Assembly: GCA_024685175.1 (NCBI GenBank)
Contig: JAIKWD010000030.1
Coordinates: forward strand, 10,198 to 74,197
Reading direction: 5' to 3'
Source of the DNA: Bacteroidales bacterium
GTDB lineage: Bacteria; Bacteroidota; Bacteroidia; Bacteroidales; WCHB1-69
DNA: 64,000 bases
Shown here: piece after piece, positions 54,051 through 63,094 of the stretch
Numbering within the stretch: the stretch's first letter is position 1
Layout: the number at the start of each line of letters is the position of its first letter
Translations under genes and position numbers: made by a program
Notes under the pieces: model-generated
Seen by the model: the letters and a program-made list of their open reading frames with translations, nothing else
The model's database searches: none
What the model was told of the DNA's origin: nothing

Positions 54051-55190
54051 ATGGATTTTAGCTTAAACAAAAGAGAAGAACTTTTCCTGCAGATGATCCG
54101 CAAGTTCGCGGCAGAGGAAGTTCAGCCGTTGGCCGCAGAGATCGACGATCAGGAACGTTATCCTATCGAAACGGTGGAGAAAATGGCAAAGATAGGTATT
54201 ATGGGCATCCCTATCCCTGTGGAATATGGTGGACAGGGCGGCACCAACCAAATGTACATTATGGCCGTCGAAGAGCTCTCGAAGGCTTGTGCCACCACCG
54301 GCGTCATCGTCAGTTCGCACACCTCCCTCTGTATGAATCCCATCTTGGAATTCGGTACTGAGGAGCAGAAGAAGAAATATCTGCCCAAGTTGGCTTCTGG
54401 TGAATGGATTGGCGCTTTCGGACTTACCGAGCCCAATGCCGGCACCGACGCCGCTATGCAGCAGACTATGGCCGTCCTCGACGGCGACGAATGGGTCATC
54501 AACGGCAGCAAGATCTTCATCACCAACGCCGGCTATGCCCACGTGTATGTGATTATGGCTATGACGGACAAGTCGCTCGGCACCAAGGGTATTTCCGCCT
54601 TCATCGTTGAAAAGGACACGCCAGGGTTCACCATCGGCAAGAAGGAGAAGAAGATGGGTATCCGTGGCTCCGCCACCTGCGAGTTGATATTCGAAAACTG
54701 CCGTATTCCCAAGGACAACCTGCTTGGCGAGTTAGGCAAGGGTTTCAAGATCGCGATGATGACACTAGACGGCGGTCGTATCGGCATCGCTTCCCAGGCT
54801 CTTGGCATCGCCCAAGGCGCTTTGGACGCAACAGTCAAGTACACCAAAGAGAGAAAGCAATTCGGCAAGACCATCGCCCAGTTCCAGAACACCCAGTTCC
54901 AGATGGCCAACCTGGAGACCAAGATCCAGGCCGCACGTCTGCTCGTACGCCAAGCCGCTTGGAAGAAAGACATGCACCTTCCGTATTCCGTGGATGCTGC
55001 CATGGCCAAGTTGTATTGCGCTGAAACCGCAATGGAAACAACAACCAAATGCGTTCAGTTCCACGGCGGCTACGGCTACACTCGTGAGTACGAAGTGGAG
55101 CGCATGATGCGTGACGCCAAGATCACCGAGATCTACGAAGGTACCTCCGAAGTGCAAAGAATGGTAATAGCAGGCAAACTTTTCAAATAA
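54051..55190 (+). CDS. bcd: short-chain (butyryl-) acyl-CoA dehydrogenase
   Basis: GAFGLTEPNAGTDA, FITNAG, GGYGYTREYEVERMMRDAKITEIYEGTSEVQ. Confidence 0.88.
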   Translation: MDFSLNKREELFLQMIRKFAAEEVQPLAAEIDDQERYPIETVEKMAKIGIMGIPIPVEYGGQGGTNQMYIMAVEELSKACATTGVIVSSHTSLCMNPILEFGTEEQKKKYLPKLASGEWIGAFGLTEPNAGTDAAMQQTMAVLDGDEWVINGSKIFITNAGYAHVYVIMAMTDKSLGTKGISAFIVEKDTPGFTIGKKEKKMGIRGSATCELIFENCRIPKDNLLGELGKGFKIAMMTLDGGRIGIASQALGIAQGALDATVKYTKERKQFGKTIAQFQNTQFQMANLETKIQAARLLVRQAAWKKDMHLPYSVDAAMAKLYCAETAMETTTKCVQFHGGYGYTREYEVERMMRDAKITEIYEGTSEVQRMVIAGKLFK

Positions 55191-55209
55191 ACCAAGAAGT
55201 TAAAAGACT

Positions 55210-55992
55210 ATGAATATTATTGTAACGATAAAACAGGTTCCAAACACCAATGTCATCAAGATCAACCCGCAGACGGGTACTTTGATTCGCGAAGGTGTTC
55301 CTTCCATTTTGAACCCTGACGACGCTTCCGCCTTGGAGATGGCTTTGCAGTTGAAGGACAAATTCGGCGCGCACGTCACCGTGATCACGATGGGTCCTCC
55401 GCAAGCCGACGCCATCTGCCGCGAGGCCTTCGCTATGGGCGCCGACCGTGCCATTCTGCTTTCCGACCGCAAGTTTGCTGGTGCGGACACGCTGGCTACC
55501 TCCTACGCCCTGTCCGGCGCAATCAAGACCCTCGACTACGACCTTATCCTTGCAGGACGTCAGGCCATCGATGGCGATACCGCGCAAACGCCGGTGTCCC
55601 TGGCCCAACATCTCGACCTGCCGCAGGTGACCTACGCCACCAACCTCGACTTCGACGGCAAGAAGCTTTGCACCGTCACCAAGGAGACCGAAGAGGGCTA
55701 CCAGATCCTCGAAGTGGAAACGCCTTGCGTGCTCACCGTGCTCTCTTCCGCCATCAAGCCGCGCTATATGACCGTGAAGGGCATTATGGAGGCATACGAC
55801 AAGGAAGTGGAAGTGTGGGGTGCCGACAAACTCGACGTCGAAGTGGAGCGCCTCGGACTCTCCGGTTCCCCGACCCGCGTCAAGAAGTCTTTCACCAAGC
55901 CCCAAAAACAGCCGGGTGAAGTCTTCGAAGTCGACCCCGAAGAGGCCGTGGAGATCATCGTCAAGAAACTGAAAGAAAAACATATTATCTAA
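55210..55992 (+). CDS. etfB: electron transfer flavoprotein beta subunit
   Basis: MNIIVTIKQVPNT, ILAGRQAIDGDTAQ. Confidence 0.88.
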   Translation: MNIIVTIKQVPNTNVIKINPQTGTLIREGVPSILNPDDASALEMALQLKDKFGAHVTVITMGPPQADAICREAFAMGADRAILLSDRKFAGADTLATSYALSGAIKTLDYDLILAGRQAIDGDTAQTPVSLAQHLDLPQVTYATNLDFDGKKLCTVTKETEEGYQILEVETPCVLTVLSSAIKPRYMTVKGIMEAYDKEVEVWGADKLDVEVERLGLSGSPTRVKKSFTKPQKQPGEVFEVDPEEAVEIIVKKLKEKHII

Positions 55993-56010
55993 CCGAGAAT
56001 TTTAAAGACA

Positions 56011-57018
56011 ATGGAAAAGACTGATTATAAGAACATTTTCGTATTTGTGGAACAACGCGACGGCGTCATCCAATCCGTGGCTTTGGAATTGCTCGGAAAG
56101 GCTCACGAGCTCTCCGCCGACTTGAACGAGAAGGTGGTGGCCGTACTCGCCGGACATAACATCAAGGATCAGGCCCAGATGCTGATCGAATATGGCGCCG
56201 ACCAGGTTATCTGCATGGATGCTCCCGAGTTAAAAGACTATCTCACTGAACAATACACCCAGGCCATCTACCAAATGGTTATGGAATACAAGCCTAGCAT
56301 TATGCTGATCGGTGCTTCCACCATCGGTCGTGACTTGGCGCCGAGACTGGCCTGCCGTCTCAACACAGGTCTTACCGCCGACTGCACGAAGTTGGAGATC
56401 ACGGAAGACAAGCAGTTGGCCTCTACGCGTCCCGCCTTCGGCGGCAACCTGATGGCTACCATCTTAAACACCGAACATCGTCCGCAGATGTCTACCGTAC
56501 GTCCAGGTGTGATGCAGAAGATGGCCCGCGACGCCAACCGCAAGGGTGAAGTCGTCGATTTCGTCCCCACCTTCGACAGCAGCAAGTTCAAGGTTCGCCT
56601 CGTCAAAAACGTCAAAGAGAACAAGGGCACTGTGGATATCACGGATGCCAAGATCCTCATCTCCGGCGGTCGTGGTGTGGGCAACAAGGCCGGTTTTGAC
56701 AAGTTACAGGCCTTGGCAGATGTGCTTCCTGGCGCAGAGGTTTCCTCCTCTCGTGCCATGGTGGACGCCGGCATTATCGACCACAGTCGCCAGGTGGGCC
56801 AGACGGGCAAGACCGTGCGCCCCAACCTCTATATGGCTTGTGGTATCAGCGGTGCCATCCAGCACCTGGCCGGTATGGAAGAGTCCGAGTTGATCATTGC
56901 CATCAACAAGGACAAATTCGCTCCCATCTTCAGCGTTGCCGACCTCGGCATCGTATGTGACCTCAATAAGGTTGTGCCTTTGCTCACCACTAGACTGGCC
57001 AAGGAAATCGAGAAGTAA
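56011..57018 (+). CDS. etfA: electron transfer flavoprotein alpha subunit
   Basis: [38 protein letters not shown]. Confidence 0.88.
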   Translation: MEKTDYKNIFVFVEQRDGVIQSVALELLGKAHELSADLNEKVVAVLAGHNIKDQAQMLIEYGADQVICMDAPELKDYLTEQYTQAIYQMVMEYKPSIMLIGASTIGRDLAPRLACRLNTGLTADCTKLEITEDKQLASTRPAFGGNLMATILNTEHRPQMSTVRPGVMQKMARDANRKGEVVDFVPTFDSSKFKVRLVKNVKENKGTVDITDAKILISGGRGVGNKAGFDKLQALADVLPGAEVSSSRAMVDAGIIDHSRQVGQTGKTVRPNLYMACGISGAIQHLAGMEESELIIAINKDKFAPIFSVADLGIVCDLNKVVPLLTTRLAKEIEK

Positions 57019-57674
57019 TGATCGAGATTCGCAATGTCGAGAAGAGTTACGGCAACTTGCACGTACTGAAAGACATAAGCCTCAAGATTGAGAACTCCAA
57101 GGTGGTCACGATTGTTGGTCCTTCGGGGGCCGGCAAGACTACCTTGTTGCATCTTATCGGCACGTTGGACCGGGCGGACCACGGCGAGATCGTCATTGAC
57201 GGGGTCAACACGGCTTCGCTCAACGACAACCAATTGTCGGAGTTCCGCAATCGTCACATTGGCTTTGTCTATCAGTTCCATCATCTGTTGCCCGAGTTCT
57301 CGGCCATCGAGAACGTGGCCTTGCCTGCCATGATTGCCGGCAAGAGCCGCAAGGAGGCCCTTGCGCATGCCAAAGAACTGCTCGACTTCCTCAAGCTTGC
57401 GGACAGGGCGGAACACAAGCCCGGCCAACTCTCCGGCGGCGAGCAACAACGGGTGGCCGTGGCCCGTGCCCTGATGAACAATCCTGAACTCATCTTGGCT
57501 GACGAGCCCTCCGGTAACCTCGACACGGACAACGCCAAGAAACTGCATCAACTGTTCTTCGACTTGCGTGACCAGTTTCACCAAACTTTTATCATCGTAA
57601 CCCACAATGAAGAATTGGCCGCTTTGTCGGACCGCAAGATTGTCTTGCAAGACGGTCGCGTCATTACCGAATAA
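57018..57674 (+). CDS. lolD: LolD/MacB-type ABC transporter ATP-binding protein
   Basis: [55 protein letters not shown]. Start overlaps the etfA stop (TAATG). No permease gene is adjacent. Confidence 0.75.
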   Translation: MIEIRNVEKSYGNLHVLKDISLKIENSKVVTIVGPSGAGKTTLLHLIGTLDRADHGEIVIDGVNTASLNDNQLSEFRNRHIGFVYQFHHLLPEFSAIENVALPAMIAGKSRKEALAHAKELLDFLKLADRAEHKPGQLSGGEQQRVAVARALMNNPELILADEPSGNLDTDNAKKLHQLFFDLRDQFHQTFIIVTHNEELAALSDRKIVLQDGRVITE

Positions 57675-57681
57675 AAACACT

Positions 57682-58269
57682 ATGAAAAAGAGAATTCTTT
57701 ACACCATCATCGTGGCCTGTGCCATCGTTTTAGGTGGTTGCGCTATGGCCCAGTTCGCCAATCTGCGACACTGCACCTTTGAGATGGGCAAGATCACCGA
57801 CATCAAATGGGCAGACATCAACCTGAGCAACGTCAACAGCGTGGCCGACTTGTCCGTGACCAATATGACCAAAGCCCTCACCGCCCTCAAAAACAAAGAT
57901 TTTGTTGTCAGTTGCACCGTAAACGTGAAAACCAAGAACGCCACGGATCGCTTGGCCCGCCTGATCGGCTACGACTACGAACTCTTCCTTGAGGATAAAC
58001 TCGTGGCTACCGGCAGCAGCAAAGATACCGAATATGTCATCAACCCGCACACGACCACCACGATTCCAGTGCCCGTGAACATTGACTTAGTCAATGTCAT
58101 CAAGAAAAAAGAGATCGGTGACATCATCAACTGCATCCGCAACCTGAACGACAAGGGAACCGGCAAGGATTCCAACGTAAAGGTCAAGTTCACTCCGTAT
58201 GCCAGCACGGGTAAAAAAACCGTTCCATTGGCCCCCATCACTCTCAAGAAAACCATTTCATCCAACTAA
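57682..58269 (+). CDS. lipoprotein, possibly LEA-2-like fold
   Basis: MKKRILYTIIVACAIVLGGCAM lipobox. The rest is beta-rich. The fold assignment is a guess. Track start 57607 overlaps lolD. Confidence 0.5.
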   Translation: MKKRILYTIIVACAIVLGGCAMAQFANLRHCTFEMGKITDIKWADINLSNVNSVADLSVTNMTKALTALKNKDFVVSCTVNVKTKNATDRLARLIGYDYELFLEDKLVATGSSKDTEYVINPHTTTTIPVPVNIDLVNVIKKKEIGDIINCIRNLNDKGTGKDSNVKVKFTPYASTGKKTVPLAPITLKKTISSN

Positions 58270-58297
58270 TAATCAAGTAATTAAATAATCAACAGCA

Positions 58298-58786
58298 ATG
58301 ATTCAAAGAATACAATCACTGTTTTTGTTTGTGGCAGCCGCCATCGCTATCGCGCTGCTTTTCATCCCGTTCGGCTATATCACTACACCCGACGCCCAGT
58401 TTGTTTTCAATGCGGTATCCTTGAAATACAACATCCCCGACGGACACACCGTGGTGCGCGTCTATTACGTGGCCCTGTGCCTCGCCATCTGCGCCGTGTT
58501 GTCGCTCATCGCTTTATTCACCTACAAGAACCGCATACGCCAGACCCAAATCATCTCTATCAATATGATCGTATATCTGGTGGCCTTGATGCTGATTCTT
58601 TGGTTGTGTCCCGATGTCATCTTCAAGAAATTCTTCGCATCTCGCGGCGTAGAATTCACATTCGAATTCGCGCATAAGGTTCTGTTGCTGATCCTCGTTT
58701 TTGTTGAAGCACTTTGCCTCTTCTTGGCCAATCGTTTCATCAAGAAAGATGAAGCGATGGTGCGAGCCGCCGACAGACTACGTTAG
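58298..58786 (+). CDS. DUF4293-family membrane protein
   Basis: MIQRIQSLFLFVAAAIAIALLF and four TM segments. Confidence 0.6.
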   Translation: MIQRIQSLFLFVAAAIAIALLFIPFGYITTPDAQFVFNAVSLKYNIPDGHTVVRVYYVALCLAICAVLSLIALFTYKNRIRQTQIISINMIVYLVALMLILWLCPDVIFKKFFASRGVEFTFEFAHKVLLLILVFVEALCLFLANRFIKKDEAMVRAADRLR

Positions 58787-58795
58787 TAATCCATT

Positions 58796-60133
58796 ATGCA
58801 TTTCAGGATTAAAAAAGGTCTTGATCTGAAACTTACAGGCGAGGCGATGGGAAAAATCGTCTCGCCTTACTCTTCCCATACCTTTTTTGTCCATCCTTCC
58901 GATTTCCGATGGTTGACGCCCAAGTTGACCGTGCAAGTAGGGGATGCCGTAGATATCGGCTCGCCGTTGTTTTTTGACAAGGAGGACGAACGCATCAAAA
59001 TCGTCTCGCCCGTCAACGGCACCGTAACGCAAATCGTTCGTGGCGAAAAACGTGTGATACAGACCATCGTCATTGAACGCGATAATGATACCACGAGTCG
59101 TGAGGTCCAATTCGATGCGCCGATCAGTGCGGAAGACTACCAAAGCATCCTTTTGCGATTCGGTTTGTGGCCGATGTTGCGACAACGTCCATTCTCCACC
59201 ATAGCGAATCCTGATACTCTGCCGAAGGCCTTGTTCGTGCCCTGTTTTGACTCGGCCCCGTTGGCGCCCGACTATTCCGTATTGCTGCAGGGCAGGGGAG
59301 ACGAATTCCTCAGCGGCTTGCGCGTGATGCGCAACTTGCTTCCGGATGTGCCTATGCATCTCTGCATGCGCGAAGGTGCCGACAACGCTTTGTTTGAGGC
59401 CGCTGAAGAGGTCGAAAAACACTATTTCAGCGGTCCGCATCCTGCCGGCAACGTGGGAACGCACATCCATCACATCGCCCCCATCAACAAAGGCGAGAGC
59501 GTTTGGTACATCGACCCGCAGGATTTGGCCACGATAGGGCACTTGTTCCAGCGCAAGGAACTCTGTTTCGACACGACCGTGGCGCTCACTGGGCCTTGTG
59601 TTACCGAGCCCCGCTATGTCCACGTACCACGCTGGGCCGACCTTTCCGAATTGTTGGCGACAAGCACCCCCTCGGACAATGTGCGGATGATCAGCGGCAA
59701 TGTATTGACAGGCAAACAATTCGATGAATATCCCGCTATCCGATTTTACGACCATCAACTGACGATGATAGCGGAAGGCGGACAACGAGAGTTTCTGGGT
59801 TGGCTAAGGCCAAACCTCAAGAAATGGAGTTTTTCGCACACTTTCCTGTCGTGGCTTGCGCCGAAGCGTCCCTTCTCGTTCAACACCTCTCTTTACGGTG
59901 GTCGCCGCACATTTATGATGACCGATATATACGACAAAGTGTTCCCCTTCGACATCATCCCCTTGTCGCTGCTCAAGGCCTGTTTGGTCAAGGACATCGA
60001 GAATATGGAGGCATTGGGCATCTACGAGGTTGACGATGAGGATTTTGCGCTATGCGAAGTGGTATGTCCGTCCAAAATGGAATGCCAGCAGATTATCCGC
60101 GACGGCTTGTTTTTCATTAAGAATGATAAATAA
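58796..60133 (+). CDS. nqrA: Na+-translocating NADH:quinone oxidoreductase subunit A
   Basis: IKKGLDLKLTGEA..., FSGPHPAGNVGTHIHHI. First gene of the six-gene nqr operon. Confidence 0.9.
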   Translation: MHFRIKKGLDLKLTGEAMGKIVSPYSSHTFFVHPSDFRWLTPKLTVQVGDAVDIGSPLFFDKEDERIKIVSPVNGTVTQIVRGEKRVIQTIVIERDNDTTSREVQFDAPISAEDYQSILLRFGLWPMLRQRPFSTIANPDTLPKALFVPCFDSAPLAPDYSVLLQGRGDEFLSGLRVMRNLLPDVPMHLCMREGADNALFEAAEEVEKHYFSGPHPAGNVGTHIHHIAPINKGESVWYIDPQDLATIGHLFQRKELCFDTTVALTGPCVTEPRYVHVPRWADLSELLATSTPSDNVRMISGNVLTGKQFDEYPAIRFYDHQLTMIAEGGQREFLGWLRPNLKKWSFSHTFLSWLAPKRPFSFNTSLYGGRRTFMMTDIYDKVFPFDIIPLSLLKACLVKDIENMEALGIYEVDDEDFALCEVVCPSKMECQQIIRDGLFFIKNDK

Positions 60134-60142
60134 AATTTAGGT

Positions 60143-61285
60143 ATGAGTTTCTTACAACGATTCAGCGAAAAAGCGGGCAAAGCCTTCGAGAAAGGCAAGC
60201 CGTTGCATTTTCTGTCGTCGTTGTATGACGCCATAGACACCTTTACGCTTACACCTGCCGACACCACAAGGAGCGGCAGTCATATTCGCGATGCGGTGGA
60301 TATGAAGCGTATTATGATTACCGTAATGATCGCACTCTGTCCTGCGTTGTTCTTCGGAATGTGGAACGTGGGGCATTTCCATTACATCGCCAATGGCATA
60401 GATGCCGGCTTCTGGCAGTCGTTCGGTTACGGTTTCCTGCGTTGGTTGCCTTTGGTTGTGGTGACCTATGTCAGTGGCTTGGCGGTGGAGGTGACCTTTG
60501 CGCAGATACGGGGCGAGCAGGTGGCGGAGGGCTTCTTCGTCACGGGCTTCATCATCCCGATGATTATGCCGCCCGATGTACCGTTATGGATTGTTGCCGT
60601 GGCCACGGTCTTCTCGGTGTTGTTCGCCAAGGAGGTGTTCGGCGGCACGGGCTACAACTTCCTGAATCCAGCCTTGGTGGCCCGCGCTTTCGTGTTCTTC
60701 GCCTATCCGTCGGTTATCTCGGGCGACAGCGTGTGGATCTCCCACGCCCCTGACGCCGTGTCGGGGGCCACGCCTTTGGCTATATTGGTGAATGGGAGCG
60801 CACAACAGATGCCTTCCGCTATGGATATGTTCGTGGGCACCATCCCGGGTTGTATCGGGGAGACCTCCAAGATTGCCATCCTCATCGGCGCAGCCATCTT
60901 GTTGCTCACGCAAGTCGCCGACTGGCGCATTATGCTGACCGTGATGGCCGGTGGCTATGTCACCGCCGCCTTATTCCACATCACTGGTACCTGTCCCGTG
61001 CCCGGATACGAGCAACTGCTGATGGGCGGCTTCCTGTTCGGCGCGGTCTTTATGGCCACCGACCCTGTCACCGCAGCGCACACATCCACGGGCAAGTACA
61101 TATACGGCGCCCTAATCGGCATCCTGTCTATCGTCATCCGGATGCTCAACAAGGGTTATCCGGAAGGTATGATGCTGGCCATCCTGTTAATGAACATCTT
61201 TGCACCCTTAATCGACTACTGCGTGGTGCAACGCAACATACACAAACGTCAAAATAGAACTAAATCCATCCACAACTCCCGATGA
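60143..61285 (+). CDS. nqrB: Na+-NQR subunit B
   Basis: Polytopic membrane protein. DAVSGATPL (FMN attachment Thr context), FFVTGFIIPM, MATDPVT. Confidence 0.9.
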   Translation: MSFLQRFSEKAGKAFEKGKPLHFLSSLYDAIDTFTLTPADTTRSGSHIRDAVDMKRIMITVMIALCPALFFGMWNVGHFHYIANGIDAGFWQSFGYGFLRWLPLVVVTYVSGLAVEVTFAQIRGEQVAEGFFVTGFIIPMIMPPDVPLWIVAVATVFSVLFAKEVFGGTGYNFLNPALVARAFVFFAYPSVISGDSVWISHAPDAVSGATPLAILVNGSAQQMPSAMDMFVGTIPGCIGETSKIAILIGAAILLLTQVADWRIMLTVMAGGYVTAALFHITGTCPVPGYEQLLMGGFLFGAVFMATDPVTAAHTSTGKYIYGALIGILSIVIRMLNKGYPEGMMLAILLMNIFAPLIDYCVVQRNIHKRQNRTKSIHNSR

Positions 61286-61872
61286 AGAATTTCAGCAATA
61301 GATACATATTCCTCTACGTCAGCGGTTTAGTTCTACTTATCGCGGTGACGCTCACGTTGGTTTCGCTAGGACTGAAACCCCGTCGCGAGGCCAATGTGGA
61401 GAGAGAAAAGATGCGGCAGATCCTAAAGGCGGCTGGCTATGAGTCCAACAAAGATGAAGTACCCAATCTATCCGCCTTGGAGTTCCAGGAACTTGCTCCG
61501 GAGCATTATTCCATCCGCTGTGCCGACGGCTCGCTAGGCGAGGTGGTCCGCGTACAAGGCAAAGGCCTATGGGGCCCCATCTGGGGTTATGTGGCATTGT
61601 CGTCGGACAGGACCACCATCAAAGGGGTCGCCTTTTCGCACAAGTCTGAGACGCCGGGACTCGGCGCCAAGATCACGGACGATACGTTTGCCAAGCAGTT
61701 TGCGGGCAAAAAACTCTATGATGCCGACGGCTTGTTTGTCTCGGTGCGCGTCACGCCGAAGGGCAAAGAGGGCCAATTGAGCAAAGAGAATAGGGTAGAC
61801 GCCATTTCGGGCGCTACGATCACCTCGCGTGGTGTGGATAAAATGTTATATGACGGATTGAAAGAGAAGTAG
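61282..61872 (+). CDS. nqrC: Na+-NQR subunit C
   Basis: N-terminal TM segment, ETPGLGAKI, AISGATITSRGV (FMN-binding). ATGA overlap with nqrB. Confidence 0.9.
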   Translation: MKNFSNRYIFLYVSGLVLLIAVTLTLVSLGLKPRREANVEREKMRQILKAAGYESNKDEVPNLSALEFQELAPEHYSIRCADGSLGEVVRVQGKGLWGPIWGYVALSSDRTTIKGVAFSHKSETPGLGAKITDDTFAKQFAGKKLYDADGLFVSVRVTPKGKEGQLSKENRVDAISGATITSRGVDKMLYDGLKEK

Positions 61873-61874
61873 AT

Positions 61875-62480
61875 ATGAGTTTGAAGAAGTATTTAGGACC
61901 TTTGAGCAGCGACAATCCCATCCTGGTGCAGACCTTGGGTGTCTGCTCCGCCTTGGCCGTCACCGCGCAGCTAAAGCCCGCCTTGGTGATGGCACTATCC
62001 GTAACCGTCGTCTGCGCCTTCTCCAATCTCATCATCTCGCTGATACGAAATACGATACCACCCAGAATACGTATCATCGTCCAATTGCTCATCGTCTCCT
62101 TCTGGGTCATATTGGTGGACCAAGTGTTGCAAGCATACGTCTACGAAATCAGCAAGTTGTTGTCCGTTTTCGTAGGCTTGATCATCACCAACTGCATCAT
62201 TATGGGCCGTTTGGAGGCCTTTGCGTTGTCGCACAAGCCGTGGCCTTCCTTTATGGACGGATTGATGAACGGTCTAGGCTACGGCCTCGTATTGATTGTG
62301 GTCGCCTTTTTCCGCGAGTTGCTCGGATCGGGCACCTTGTGGAACATCCCCGTCGTGCCCCATGCGTGGTACGAGGCGGGTTATCTCAACAACGGCCTGA
62401 TGATTCTGCCGCCGATGGCGTTGATTCTGGTCGGGACGATTATTTGGATTAAGAACAGCAAGACAAGGAGGGCCAAATGA
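61875..62480 (+). CDS. nqrD: Na+-NQR subunit D
   Basis: NPILVQTLGVCSALAVT, ITNCIIMGR. Confidence 0.9.
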   Translation: MSLKKYLGPLSSDNPILVQTLGVCSALAVTAQLKPALVMALSVTVVCAFSNLIISLIRNTIPPRIRIIVQLLIVSFWVILVDQVLQAYVYEISKLLSVFVGLIITNCIIMGRLEAFALSHKPWPSFMDGLMNGLGYGLVLIVVAFFRELLGSGTLWNIPVVPHAWYEAGYLNNGLMILPPMALILVGTIIWIKNSKTRRAK

Positions 62481-63088
62481 GAGAGATAGTCGATATTTTC
62501 GTGCGTTCGGTCTTTATAGACAATATGGTATTTGCCTATTTCTTGGGTATGTGTTCATATTTGGCCGTGTCCAAGAACGTGAAGACCGCCGCGGGGTTGG
62601 GTTTTGCCGTCTGCTTTGTGTTGGCTGTCACCGTGCCCATTAACTACCTTATCGACAAATACTTGCTTCAACCGGGTGCCCTGTCGTGGTTGGGTAGGGG
62701 CTTCGCCAATGTAGACTTGTCCTACCTCAGTTTGGTGGTCTTCATCGCCGTGATCGCGGGCATTGTGCAGTTGTTGGAGATGGTGATGGAGCGTCATCTG
62801 CCCGCATTGTATGCGGCGTTGGGCATCTTCCTGCCCTTGATCGCTGTCAACTGTGCCATCTTGGGTGGTTCGCTCTTTATGCAGGAGCGCAATTTCCCGA
62901 CAGTCATCCATAGTTTCTCCTACGCAATAGGTTCAGGCATCGGCTGGCTGCTTGCCATCGTGGCCTTTGCCGCCATCCGCGAACGGTTGAAATACTCCAA
63001 GATCCCCGAGCCTTTGCAGGGCAACGGCATCGCATACATCATCACCGGCCTGCTCGGTATGGGTTTTATGGCATTTTTAGGAATTTAG
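62477..63088 (+). CDS. nqrE: Na+-NQR subunit E
   Basis: NMVFAYFLGMCSYLAVS, PLIAVNCAILGG. ATGA overlap with nqrD. Confidence 0.9.
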   Translation: MREIVDIFVRSVFIDNMVFAYFLGMCSYLAVSKNVKTAAGLGFAVCFVLAVTVPINYLIDKYLLQPGALSWLGRGFANVDLSYLSLVVFIAVIAGIVQLLEMVMERHLPALYAALGIFLPLIAVNCAILGGSLFMQERNFPTVIHSFSYAIGSGIGWLLAIVAFAAIRERLKYSKIPEPLQGNGIAYIITGLLGMGFMAFLGI

Positions 63089-63094
63089 AAAAGA

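Noticed and set aside
5090-57681. N-terminal extensions of several track ORFs (5090 dut, 6975 yidC, 28999 thiL, 33364 sod, 33082 HerA-like, 46782 folK, 47530 DMT, 57607 lipoprotein)
   Set aside because: The extensions overlap the upstream gene or the -7 promoter box, or they begin at non-ATG codons. Downstream ATGs give N-termini matching the expected family starts or signal peptides.
53337-59785. A series of long antisense ORFs (53337-54008, 55183-55983, 56829-57680, 58778-59785)
   Set aside because: Each lies fully inside a well-supported plus-strand gene (CoA-transferase B, etfB, lolD-like, nqrA). All have Gly/Val/His/Arg-rich shadow composition.
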